IMG/VR virus record: IMGVR_UViG_3300045836_000008
Direction: 5' to 3' (one strand)
Origin: a virus
Lineage: Duplodnaviria > Heunggongvirae > Uroviricota > Caudoviricetes
DNA length: 64,000 bases
Shown: positions 35,396 to 43,153 of the stretch, piece after piece
Layout: each line of letters starts with the position of its first letter
Position numbering within the stretch: position 1 is the first letter of the stretch
The notes under the pieces: generated by a model
What the model was told of the DNA's origin: nothing
Seen by the model: only the letters and a program-made list of their open reading frames with translations
Databases searched by the model: none
Made by a program: the position numbers and the translations under genes

Positions 35396-35917
35396 ATGAA
35401 AAAGATCATCGCCGCCGCACTGTTCTCGTTCGCAACCGTTTCCGCATTCGCACAAGTCAACGCATCGACAAACGCCACGACCAACAGTTCGTCCGGTGCG
35501 ACGAACCAAGGCGTCAACCAAGGCATCACGTTCAACAGCGCGGCGCAGCCGACCACGACGACCGTCAAGACGACCGGCAACGCTGTCGTGTCGGGTTTCG
35601 CGGGTTCGTTCTCGTCGGACTACTGCGGTGGAACCGCTGGTCTGGCTGTTGGCGGTCCCGGCTTCGCGGTCAGCGCGGGCGCACCCAAGATCGACCACGG
35701 CTGCACGCTGCTGCGTTCGTTCGAACGTCTGCAACAGGCCGCAGCATCGGACCCGGCTGACGCACCGGCACTGCACGCCGCAGCGCTCGATGTGCTGGCG
35801 GAAGTCGATCCGGCAGTCCGCAAGGCGCTGGAAAAGCACAAGCTGATCGCAGTCGCAGACGACAAGGTACGCGAAAATGACCAAGGCCAACTGGTGTACG
35901 CGAAAGCACAGCCCTGA
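35396..35917 (+). CDS. Sec-secreted protein: Asn/Thr/Ser-rich N-terminal region plus alpha-helical C-terminal domain
   Basis: Signal peptide MKKIIAAALFSFATVSAFA|QV and two Cys (CGG...HGC). Confidence 0.65.
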   Translation: MKKIIAAALFSFATVSAFAQVNASTNATTNSSSGATNQGVNQGITFNSAAQPTTTTVKTTGNAVVSGFAGSFSSDYCGGTAGLAVGGPGFAVSAGAPKIDHGCTLLRSFERLQQAAASDPADAPALHAAALDVLAEVDPAVRKALEKHKLIAVADDKVRENDQGQLVYAKAQP

Positions 35918-35919
35918 TG

Positions 35920-35968
35920 TTGACAGGGATTCCCAGACTTGATATAATGTTTGCTTCAAGTCTGGGAA
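35920..35968 (+). promoter_or_regulatory. family promoter TTGACA-gggattcccagacttga-TATAAT with a perfect 12-bp inverted repeat (TTCCCAGACTTG / CAAGTCTGGGAA) bracketing the -10
   Basis: Read directly. Confidence 0.65.
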
Positions 35969-35977
35969 CGCAGCAAG

Positions 35978-36139
35978 ATGAAGAAGAAAAAGAAGAACTT
36001 CAAGAATCACAAGAGCAACAAGATCGTGATCGAGTTCGAAACCACGAAGCCGCGAATTGGTGTGATCTTCACCAAAGTCGTGTCCAACAAAAACTTGAAG
36101 AAGCACAAGATCAAGCACAAGCACAAGGTTGTTGATTGA
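35978..36139 (+). CDS. small extremely Lys-rich basic protein (53 aa)
   Basis: MKKKKKNFKNHKSNKIVIEFETTKPRIGVIFTKVVSNKNLKKHKIKHKHKVVD. Low GC. The alternative-frame Glu/Gln-rich ORF 35917-36135 is the same sequence in another frame. Confidence 0.4.
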   Translation: MKKKKKNFKNHKSNKIVIEFETTKPRIGVIFTKVVSNKNLKKHKIKHKHKVVD

Positions 36140-36507
36140 AACCCCTGATACACGCAAAGATTTCGGTGAAGACCTATGGCGGCAAAGTGGAAGATTATCT
36201 GCCTATTCATAACTTCATTGATAGTAGTAAGTCTGCTCACCCAGACATCCGCCATCGCGCAATTCTGCATTCAGCTTTTGGATGCTTTATCGTTGAGCGC
36301 GTATTCGGGACTTACCTGACCAACAGTGACGGTAAGGATGTGTCCGTTCGCGACATCGCTGAAGAACACATTTTGCAGGACTTGGGATTCATTCCCACGA
36401 TGGAACAGTATTTGAACAACATGACGATTCAGCCGTGGATGTCCGGTACTGAGAAACGCAACAAGAGCGCAACAACGAAGTTCATATCATTAGACGATGC
36501 TGACTAA
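36136..36507 (+). CDS. hypothetical protein (low-GC island)
   Basis: 123-aa ORF, TTG start per the track. Confidence 0.45.
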   Translation: MKPLIHAKISVKTYGGKVEDYLPIHNFIDSSKSAHPDIRHRAILHSAFGCFIVERVFGTYLTNSDGKDVSVRDIAEEHILQDLGFIPTMEQYLNNMTIQPWMSGTEKRNKSATTKFISLDDAD

Positions 36508-36790
36508 AGAAGATGTAGACCAATGGTGTCGTGATCGCGGTTACACCGTCCACTCGCGTAGTGGTGACGGCAATATCCGCACGTACAGCAAGCACTTTGA
36601 CAAGTTCTTCCTGTCGATCACCGTGGACATCCAACGCCAAGACATGCAATTGCAAGCATTCCCCGGTCTGTTCACCCTTTCGACCGGAAACATGCAACTG
36701 TGTCATCCCAAGTTCGAAGACTTCTTCGAAAAACGTATGGTCCAGATGATGTCGGCCATCGAGAACGATTCCCCAACCCCGATTTTCTGA
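36497..36790 (+). CDS. hypothetical protein
   Basis: 97-aa ORF. Confidence 0.45.
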   Translation: MLTKEDVDQWCRDRGYTVHSRSGDGNIRTYSKHFDKFFLSITVDIQRQDMQLQAFPGLFTLSTGNMQLCHPKFEDFFEKRMVQMMSAIENDSPTPIF

Positions 36791-36793
36791 TTC

Positions 36794-37279
36794 ATGGCAA
36801 ACGCACTACAAGAACTGATCGCAGCACATGCAGCCGCCAAGGCTGAATTCAAGGCCAAGGCCGAAGCAGCGTTCAAGGTCGCAGTGAAGCAACTGTTCGA
36901 AGCTGTTCCCGACCTGACGATGATCCGATGGGTGCAGTACACGCCGTACTTCAACGATGGCGAAGAATGCGTGTTCAGCATGCGCGAACCGATCTTCACG
37001 AACGCCAACGAAGATGACCGCGAGTACATCACGTCCTACGGCGAATTCGACGGCGACATCGAAGACTGCACGACCGAAGGCATCTGGTTCTTCGGCCAGA
37101 ACGTCTACAGTTCGGAACCGAAGCCGACCGACCCGAAGGTGTACAAGCTACTTGACGAGTTCGATGACATGATGGCGACGGCAGAGTTCCAAGAACTTGC
37201 CCGCGACATGTTTGACGATCACGTTCAGGTCACGGTGACGCGCGCTGGCATCGACATCCAAGAATACGACCACGACTAA
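36794..37279 (+). CDS. hypothetical acidic protein
   Basis: 161-aa ORF. Confidence 0.5.
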   Translation: MANALQELIAAHAAAKAEFKAKAEAAFKVAVKQLFEAVPDLTMIRWVQYTPYFNDGEECVFSMREPIFTNANEDDREYITSYGEFDGDIEDCTTEGIWFFGQNVYSSEPKPTDPKVYKLLDEFDDMMATAEFQELARDMFDDHVQVTVTRAGIDIQEYDHD

Positions 37280-37289
37280 CAGGTAGAAC

Positions 37290-37601
37290 ATGGACACGGT
37301 AGAAGAGAAGAAGGTTAGCAGTACGAAGCTTGTGGTTATCGACACGCAGAAGCGTGTGGCGCATAGCTACGTTGGCACGTACAAGTGTGGCGAAGCGCAT
37401 CTGCCCGACCCGAACGAAGATGACTACACGGCAGTCGAAATGACGGAACAGTTGAGTGCGTTCCTTCATGCTGCTGATGAAGCCCGCTACCGTGCCATTG
37501 CTGCAAAAGAACTGGCCGAGAAGAACGGCAAGGCGATGGTAGAAGCCACGAAGGAATACGATGCGTGGTTTGAACGTCTGGTTCGCAAGTCCCCGGTCTA
37601 A
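37290..37601 (+). CDS. hypothetical protein
   Basis: 103-aa ORF. Confidence 0.5.
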   Translation: MDTVEEKKVSSTKLVVIDTQKRVAHSYVGTYKCGEAHLPDPNEDDYTAVEMTEQLSAFLHAADEARYRAIAAKELAEKNGKAMVEATKEYDAWFERLVRKSPV

Positions 37602-37628
37602 ACGAAGTAGAACAAGAAGAGAGTGAAG

Positions 37629-38741
37629 ATGAAGCAATATGATGTCGTGGTGTACCGTGGGCGCTTTCAAGGAATGCACGAAGCGCACCTGAAGACTATT
37701 CTGATGGGTCTGCAACTCGCCAAGAAGGTCGTCGTGGTCATCGGTAGTGCGAACGAACCGCGCACCTACTACCGCAACCCGTTCTTCGAGAACGAACGTA
37801 TCGAGATGATCCGTGCGGCACTGGCCGATCACTTCCGGCACGATGACGTGGTATTCACGACCGTCGAAGATCATCCCGACGACAACGTATGGGCTGAAAT
37901 GGTCGCAGAGAACGTGCAAATAATGATCGATGCACTAGACCACGAAGGCGCATTTGGTGACAAGCTGAATCGTCTGCGCATCGGTCAGATTGGCTACAAG
38001 AAGGACGACAATTGCGTTCGTGACGTGGACCTGTTCCCGCAGTGGGAATACATCGATACGCCGCACTTCGAACCGCTCGATGCCACGAAGGTCCGCGAAA
38101 TCTACTTCAGCAAGACGCCGCTGACGTACCTGATGGGTGTGTGCCCCGCACCTGTAATCCGATGGCTGTCCGACTTCCGTGCAACGGAAGCGTTCGACCT
38201 GATGATGCAGGAAAAGGAATACTGCGACAACTACAAGAAGCAGTTCGAACATCTCGAATATGCGCCTACGTTCGTGACTGGTGACAACGTGCCGTTCCAA
38301 GACGACACGATCCTTCTGGTGAAGCGCAAGAACCATCCGGGCAAGGGTCTGTGGGCTTTCGCTGCTGGCTTCTTCAACGCTGCTGACCGTCTGACCAAGA
38401 ACGGCGAACTGGTCAAGGCCGACAAGTCCGTGTTCGACTGCGCCGTTCGTGAACTGTTCGAAGAGACGAACGCGAGTCTCACGAAAGAAGAACTGAAAGA
38501 AGCGTGCATCGCTGAAGGTCTGTTCGACGCAGAAGGTCGCGATCCGCGTGGCCGCATCGTGACGCAAGCATATGTCTACAACTTCGACGGTCGTGAAGTC
38601 TTCTCGGTCGAAGCATCGGACGATGCAGAAGAAGTGCGCCGCTTCCACATCTCGGAAGTGAATCGCCGCATGATGTATGCCGACCACTACAGCATCTTCT
38701 TGCAAGCGCTCGAATCCTATCGCAATTCGAAGTACAACTGA
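37629..38741 (+). CDS. nadM: bifunctional nicotinamide-mononucleotide adenylyltransferase / Nudix hydrolase (NadM-Nudix)
   Basis: N-terminal cytidylyltransferase-fold motif YRGRFQGMHEAH (the HxGH variant) and C-terminal Nudix box (GKGLWAFAAG...AVRELFEETNASL). Confidence 0.8.
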   Translation: MKQYDVVVYRGRFQGMHEAHLKTILMGLQLAKKVVVVIGSANEPRTYYRNPFFENERIEMIRAALADHFRHDDVVFTTVEDHPDDNVWAEMVAENVQIMIDALDHEGAFGDKLNRLRIGQIGYKKDDNCVRDVDLFPQWEYIDTPHFEPLDATKVREIYFSKTPLTYLMGVCPAPVIRWLSDFRATEAFDLMMQEKEYCDNYKKQFEHLEYAPTFVTGDNVPFQDDTILLVKRKNHPGKGLWAFAAGFFNAADRLTKNGELVKADKSVFDCAVRELFEETNASLTKEELKEACIAEGLFDAEGRDPRGRIVTQAYVYNFDGREVFSVEASDDAEEVRRFHISEVNRRMMYADHYSIFLQALESYRNSKYN

Positions 38742-38766
38742 AAACTCTCTACAGGAATCAAACCAC

Positions 38767-40128
38767 ATGCTGCAAACGAAAAACATCCAACTGTCGCAAA
38801 ACTTCGTTCTCGAATCGGATTCGTACAAGTTCAGCCACAACCCGGAAATCTACCCGGAAGGCGCAGAAGCGCTGCACTCGTATCTGTCGGCCCGCGTGAA
38901 GGGTTCGCGCGTGGTGCAGTTCGGCCTTCAGATGTGGATCAAGAAGAAGCTGCTGGCCCCGATCACGCTCGCGATGATCGATGAAGCCGAAGACTTCATC
39001 ACTCGTCACATCGGCCCCGGTGGTTTCGACCGTGGCTTCTGGGAACACATCCTGCACACGTACAACGGCTACATCCCGCTGGTGATCCGTGGTCTGCCGG
39101 AAGGCACTGTGACCGACAGCTACGACACGCTGGTGACGGTTGACTGTTTCGACCCGCGCGTGTTCCCGCTGGCGCAGCACATCGAAGCATCGCTGCAATC
39201 TGACCTGTGGTACAGCACGACCATCGCGACGAACGATCTGGAAAACTACGAAGTCGCGAAGTCGCACTTCGATCTGTTCTCGGACAACCCGGTTCTTCTC
39301 GCGTTCATGCTTCACGACTTCGGCGCACGCGGTGTGACCTGTGAAGAACAACGCCAGATTGGCGGCGCAGCGCACCTGATCTTCTTCCAAGGTTCGGACA
39401 CGATCAGCGGCATCCGTGCGGCAAACCTGTTCTACAACTGCGAGATGGCCGCGTATTCGGTTCGCGCCACGGAACATAGCATCCAGTGCGCCTACGGCCC
39501 CGAAGGGCAAGAAGAGTACATCCGGCGCGTCCTGAAGGCACATGCGAAACCGGGCAACATCGTGTCGCTGGTTCTCGACGGCTACAACGTGTGGCGCGAA
39601 GCCGAACTTCTCTGCACGAAGTTCAAAGACCAAATCATCGAAAGCGGCGCGAAGATCGTCTTCCGTCCCGATTCGGGTGACATGTTCGAAGTGGTTCCGC
39701 GCATTCTCGAAATGCAAGCGCAACACTTCGGCTTCACCGTGAACTCGAAGGGCAAGAAGGTCATCAACAACGTTGGTGTCATCCAAGGTGACGGCATCGA
39801 CAAGATCACGTTCATGCTGCTGATGCAGAAGGTCGTGGCCCTTGGCTATGCCCCTGAATGCGTCGTGATGGGTTCCGGTGGCGGTTTGCTTCAGAAGGTC
39901 AACCGTGACACGCTGAAGTTCGCGCAGAAGGCCGCAGCCATCAAGATCAATGGTGTCTGGGTTGACATGTTCAAAGACCCGATCACCGATCCGGGCAAGA
40001 AGTCGAAGACCGGTCGTCAAGACGATCCGCGCTTCGTCACGTTCTACGACCACGGCGAACTGTTGGTCGATGAATCGCTCGACGTGATCCGGGCACGTGC
40101 GCTCGAAGGCGCAAAAATTCGCAAGTAA
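38767..40128 (+). CDS. nadV: nicotinamide phosphoribosyltransferase (NadV/NAMPT)
   Basis: 454 aa. Family-typical segments (SDSYKFSH, GARGV, QGDGI, VMGSGGGLLQK). Adjacent to nadM as in KVP40-type phages. Confidence 0.85.
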   Translation: MLQTKNIQLSQNFVLESDSYKFSHNPEIYPEGAEALHSYLSARVKGSRVVQFGLQMWIKKKLLAPITLAMIDEAEDFITRHIGPGGFDRGFWEHILHTYNGYIPLVIRGLPEGTVTDSYDTLVTVDCFDPRVFPLAQHIEASLQSDLWYSTTIATNDLENYEVAKSHFDLFSDNPVLLAFMLHDFGARGVTCEEQRQIGGAAHLIFFQGSDTISGIRAANLFYNCEMAAYSVRATEHSIQCAYGPEGQEEYIRRVLKAHAKPGNIVSLVLDGYNVWREAELLCTKFKDQIIESGAKIVFRPDSGDMFEVVPRILEMQAQHFGFTVNSKGKKVINNVGVIQGDGIDKITFMLLMQKVVALGYAPECVVMGSGGGLLQKVNRDTLKFAQKAAAIKINGVWVDMFKDPITDPGKKSKTGRQDDPRFVTFYDHGELLVDESLDVIRARALEGAKIRK

Positions 40129-40141
40129 TCCCAAGTCTGGG

Positions 40142-40190
40142 TTGACGTAACACGAACCGACAGGTATGATATGCCTGTCGGTTTCTTTTT
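40142..40190 (+). promoter_or_regulatory. promoter TTGACG-17-TATGAT whose -10 lies in the loop of a terminator hairpin (ACCGACAGG-UAUGAUAU-CCUGUCGGU + UUCUUUUU). An upstream CCCAAGTCTGGG half-site palindrome abuts the -35
   Basis: Read directly. Combined terminator for nadV and promoter for the next gene. Confidence 0.6.
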
Positions 40191-40202
40191 GGAGTGAATC
40201 AC

Positions 40203-40493
40203 ATGGCTACTACATTCGAAGAAATCGTGAAGTTCATGTCGGGACTCACGATCAATACGGACCACGGCGTTATCATCAAGACTGCGACCGGCGAACATCG
40301 GGTCGTGATCCGCATCCCGGCGCGTGGTTATCCGCGCGTGGTGATGAAGGGTACGAACGGGCTACTGGTCGTCTACCGCCTGAAGGGCAACGTGTTGGAG
40401 AAATTAGGGTACAAGGGTACGGTCTACAGCGTCGCAGAGTTCGACAAGCTGGCGGCAAACCCGGTAGCAACAATCGAGTGGCATTCCCGGTAA
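40203..40493 (+). CDS. hypothetical protein
   Basis: ATG after GGAGTGAATCAC. Confidence 0.5.
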   Translation: MATTFEEIVKFMSGLTINTDHGVIIKTATGEHRVVIRIPARGYPRVVMKGTNGLLVVYRLKGNVLEKLGYKGTVYSVAEFDKLAANPVATIEWHSR

Positions 40494-40499
40494 AAGTAG

Positions 40500-40528
40500 T
40501 TGACACGAATTCCCAAGGTCGGTATAAT
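40500..40528 (+). promoter_or_regulatory. family promoter TTGACA-cgaattcccaaggtcgg-TATAAT
   Basis: Leader TCTCTTCATCGGTTGGACATCACTAGGAG. Confidence 0.65.
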
Positions 40529-40563
40529 TCTCTTCATCGGTTGGACATCACTAGGAGCGAAAC

Positions 40564-40809
40564 ATGACCAAGTTTGCTGAATGGTTCAAGACCTTCAACG
40601 AAGAAAAGGGCATCGACCCGGAAACCAACATCGAAGTTGAAGGGCCGAGTGGCACGAACTTCATGACGTTGCAGAACGTGTTCGACGCAATCCTGTCCAC
40701 GTCCGAAGCCGAACAGGCCGCGATCAAGACGATGATCGTCAAGATCGACTTCCGCAACGGCGACGTGGTTGACTACTACAAGCATCTGGCAAAGGCCATC
40801 GCGCAATGA
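40564..40809 (+). CDS. hypothetical protein
   Basis: 81-aa ORF. Confidence 0.5.
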   Translation: MTKFAEWFKTFNEEKGIDPETNIEVEGPSGTNFMTLQNVFDAILSTSEAEQAAIKTMIVKIDFRNGDVVDYYKHLAKAIAQ

Positions 40810-40982
40810 CGACTCTCGTCAACGGCAAGATTCCGGCGAACACCGTGTGTCCCTATCGGGCACGGTGTCCGTTCGCAGAGAAAGGCACCTGTCATCACAA
40901 GGGTGTCGATCACAACTGTGCGTTTTCGTGTGGTGCAGCCCGCGCATACGCCATCATCGACCGGTCCCCGGTCTGCAACTAA
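40806..40982 (+). CDS. small Cys/His-rich putative zinc-binding protein (58 aa)
   Basis: MTTLVNGKIPANTVCPYRARCPFAEKGTCHHKGVDHNCAFSCG... ATG overlaps the upstream stop (ATGA). Preferred over the Ser/Arg-rich alternative frame 40769-41002. Confidence 0.4.
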   Translation: MTTLVNGKIPANTVCPYRARCPFAEKGTCHHKGVDHNCAFSCGAARAYAIIDRSPVCN

Positions 40983-41030
40983 GCAGTATTTCCCAAACCT
41001 GAAGTAGAAATCTAAAGGAAGTAGAAAAGA

Positions 41031-42113
41031 ATGAAGAAGTGGCTTTTGGGTCTTGTACTCGCAGTCTCGTCGGCAGTCGCATTCGCACTCCCGTCCCCGC
41101 ATCAAATCGAAGACGCACTCGCAACGCAGCACTACAGCGATGCTCGTTCGATGGTCCAACAGGTACTTGAAGAGAAGCCGGATTCCGCCCGCGCTCACCT
41201 TCTCGATGCCTACATCCTGATCCACGTCGATCACAACAAGCAAGCCGCATCGCAAGAACTCGACAACGCGCGCCGTCTCGACAAGAAGGGCGATGTCGCC
41301 AACAGTCCGTTGTTCGGTCGCACCGCAGCCGAAATCGACATGACGAAGGCATCGGCCAAGCCCGCACCGGCACAACAGCAAGCGCAACCGGCGCAAGTCG
41401 TCGTGCAAGACGGTACGCAGTTCCAGCCGCAGCCGAAGCATGAAGGCCATCCGTTCCTGACCTTCCTGTTGTTCGCAGCGATCATCGGCTTGATCGGCTA
41501 CATCCTGTACCTGATCTTCCGCCGACCGCGTGTCGTCGTGCAAGAGCGTCATGTCTACCATGCGCCGACCTATGACACCGGCAGTGTCGCAAGCGCCCCG
41601 GCCATCTCGGTTTCGTCGGCCCCGCGTGTGACTTCCACGGTGGTTGAACGCCAAGTCGTCGGCAGTGCCTACGTGTCGCCTTCCCCGGCCCCGGTCATCA
41701 TCAACAACGGCGGTGGTTATGGTCGCGGTTACGGCAACGATGGCTTCGTTGAAGGCATGTTGATCGGTGAGATGATGGAAGAGAACCGCGAGACTCGCCG
41801 CGAACTCGATGCAGACCGCTACGAACGTCGCCGTGAACGCGACAGCTACAGTTCGTCGTCTTCGTCCAGCTACGACGCATCGCCTTCGAGTTCGGAACCT
41901 TCCACGTCCTACGCATCCGACCGTCAGTCGTTCTCGTCGGGCAGCGACGATAGCTGGTCCAGCCGCAGCAGTTCGTCGTATAGCTCGTCATCGTCGGATT
42001 CGTCGTCAAGCTGGTCGTCGGGTTCTTCGTCGTCGGACTACAGTTCGTCCAGCTACGACAGCGGTTCGTCGTCATCGTGGGACAGCGGCAGTTCGTCGGG
42101 TAGCGACTGGTAA
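41031..42113 (+). CDS. membrane protein: signal/TM, TPR-like helical region, a second TM, and an extreme Ser-rich C-terminal low-complexity tail
   Basis: N-terminal hydrophobic LGLVLAVSSAVAFA, internal TM FLTFLLFAAIIGLIGYILYLIF, C-terminal 100 aa about 60% Ser with W/Y/D punctuation (SSSSWSSGSSSSDYSSSSYDSGSSSSWDSGSSSGSDW). Confidence 0.65.
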   Translation: MKKWLLGLVLAVSSAVAFALPSPHQIEDALATQHYSDARSMVQQVLEEKPDSARAHLLDAYILIHVDHNKQAASQELDNARRLDKKGDVANSPLFGRTAAEIDMTKASAKPAPAQQQAQPAQVVVQDGTQFQPQPKHEGHPFLTFLLFAAIIGLIGYILYLIFRRPRVVVQERHVYHAPTYDTGSVASAPAISVSSAPRVTSTVVERQVVGSAYVSPSPAPVIINNGGGYGRGYGNDGFVEGMLIGEMMEENRETRRELDADRYERRRERDSYSSSSSSSYDASPSSSEPSTSYASDRQSFSSGSDDSWSSRSSSSYSSSSSDSSSSWSSGSSSSDYSSSSYDSGSSSSWDSGSSSGSDW

Positions 42114-42162
42114 ATCGTACCTGAACGAATTCCCAAAGCTGAGAATAGTTCGCAAAAGTTGC

Positions 42163-42226
42163 TTGACATGTAAAAGACACATCTGTAGAATGTTTCATTA
42201 TTGAAACACCAGATGTGTCTTTTCAA
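42163..42226 (+). promoter_or_regulatory. promoter TTGACA-17-TAGAAT embedded in a 13-bp-stem hairpin (AAAAGACACAUCU ... AGAUGUGUCUUUU) whose 26-nt loop contains the -10 and an inner hairpin. A weaker family-like element (CTGAAC-gaattcccaaagctgag-AATAGT) lies just upstream at 42121
   Basis: Read directly. Confidence 0.55.
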
Positions 42227-42247
42227 CCCCTTCTCGGAGAAGTAACC

Positions 42248-42499
42248 ATGAAGTTTCAGTGCAATGACGTACATGGTGTATTCGAGTACGATTTCTCGGA
42301 TATGTCCGGTTGGTCGATGAAGGTCAAGAACTACCACAACAAAGGTGACATCATCGACGTGGATTTCGATGTCGTTGTCGAATCCCACTTCGAAGCCGAT
42401 TTCCTGAACGGCAAGTTCACGGCAATCGATCAAGAAGCCCAAGCATGGGCGAAGACGCTGCAAGAGTTCATGCAAACCGAATCGTTGGCTATCGCGTAG
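42248..42499 (+). CDS. hypothetical protein
   Basis: ATG after CTCGGAGAAGTAACC. Confidence 0.5.
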   Translation: MKFQCNDVHGVFEYDFSDMSGWSMKVKNYHNKGDIIDVDFDVVVESHFEADFLNGKFTAIDQEAQAWAKTLQEFMQTESLAIA

Positions 42500-42564
42500 T
42501 CCCGGTCGTGGTGTTGCAGTACCAGATGTAAATTCCCACTGACCTGACTATGAGACAAAGCTGA

Positions 42565-42855
42565 ATGTTTATCCGCAACTACTCCAACGAAGAACTGATC
42601 GCAGAACTCGAAGCACGTGGCTTTACCATCCTGTCGGATGAAGAAGCCGATGAAGTAAACGACTCCATCGACGCGGGCAATGTCCTGATGGGCCTGACCG
42701 TGGCGATTCACACGGCGCTCGAACAGAGCAACGACATCCTGTTGAACAAACTGCTGGAAGCGCTGATCTTCAGTGCAACTGGCGAAAACGTCGAAATCGA
42801 CAACTACGAAGAAATCGCAGCAAGCAATGGCACTGGCAATCATCAACACCCCTGA
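42565..42855 (+). CDS. hypothetical acidic protein
   Basis: 96-aa ORF. Confidence 0.45.
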   Translation: MFIRNYSNEELIAELEARGFTILSDEEADEVNDSIDAGNVLMGLTVAIHTALEQSNDILLNKLLEALIFSATGENVEIDNYEEIAASNGTGNHQHP

Positions 42856-43129
42856 AGCAAAGCGCCGGATCAACGGCGCGTTCCAAGACATCTCGGACGT
42901 TCTGACTCAAATCGAAGCTGGCCGCGATACGATCAAGCAAATCGTGGCCGACTTCTCGGAAGAGTTCCAGATTGACAAGGCGACGTTCAAAGCCTTGGCG
43001 AATACGTATCACAAGCAGAACTTCGGTGACAAGACGAAGAAGAATACGGAATTCGAAATCCTGTATGAAACGCTGACCGGCGAAAAGGCCGATGGCGCAG
43101 AACTCGTTGATGGCGACGAGAACGAATAA
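42827..43129 (+). CDS. hypothetical protein
   Basis: ATG at 42827 in frame with track ORF 42773-43129. Confidence 0.45.
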   Translation: MALAIINTPEAKRRINGAFQDISDVLTQIEAGRDTIKQIVADFSEEFQIDKATFKALANTYHKQNFGDKTKKNTEFEILYETLTGEKADGAELVDGDENE

Positions 43130-43153
43130 CTGGCACTACCCGGTACTACCTGA

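Noticed and set aside
35917-36135. 72-aa Glu/Gln-rich ORF (MLTGIPRLDIMFASSLGTQQDEEEKEELQ...) overlapping the poly-Lys ORF
   Set aside because: Its start lies inside the promoter -35/-10 region, so it would not be on the transcript. The poly-Lys frame begins downstream of the TSS, though without a GGAG-type RBS.
38758-40134. 458-aa minus-strand ORF
   Set aside because: It is exactly antisense to the NadV (NAMPT) gene. The + strand product has clear enzyme-family similarity and the minus product does not.
40769-41002. 77-aa Ser/Arg-rich ORF from the track
   Set aside because: The alternative frame at 40806-40982 gives a Cys/His-rich zinc-binding-like peptide with an ATGA-coupled start. The Ser/Arg-rich frame looks like an out-of-frame artefact.
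41701-42113. Possible CRISPR-like or tandem DNA repeat in the AGC/TCG-rich stretch
   Set aside because: The periodicity is at codon level (Ser codons) inside a continuous ORF. There are no direct repeats with unique spacers, so it is not a CRISPR array.
41809-42204. Alternative-frame ORFs (Arg-rich) overlapping the Ser-rich tail region
   Set aside because: They are the same low-complexity DNA read in other frames. The Ser-rich frame is contiguous with an upstream gene that has a proper start and TM topology.
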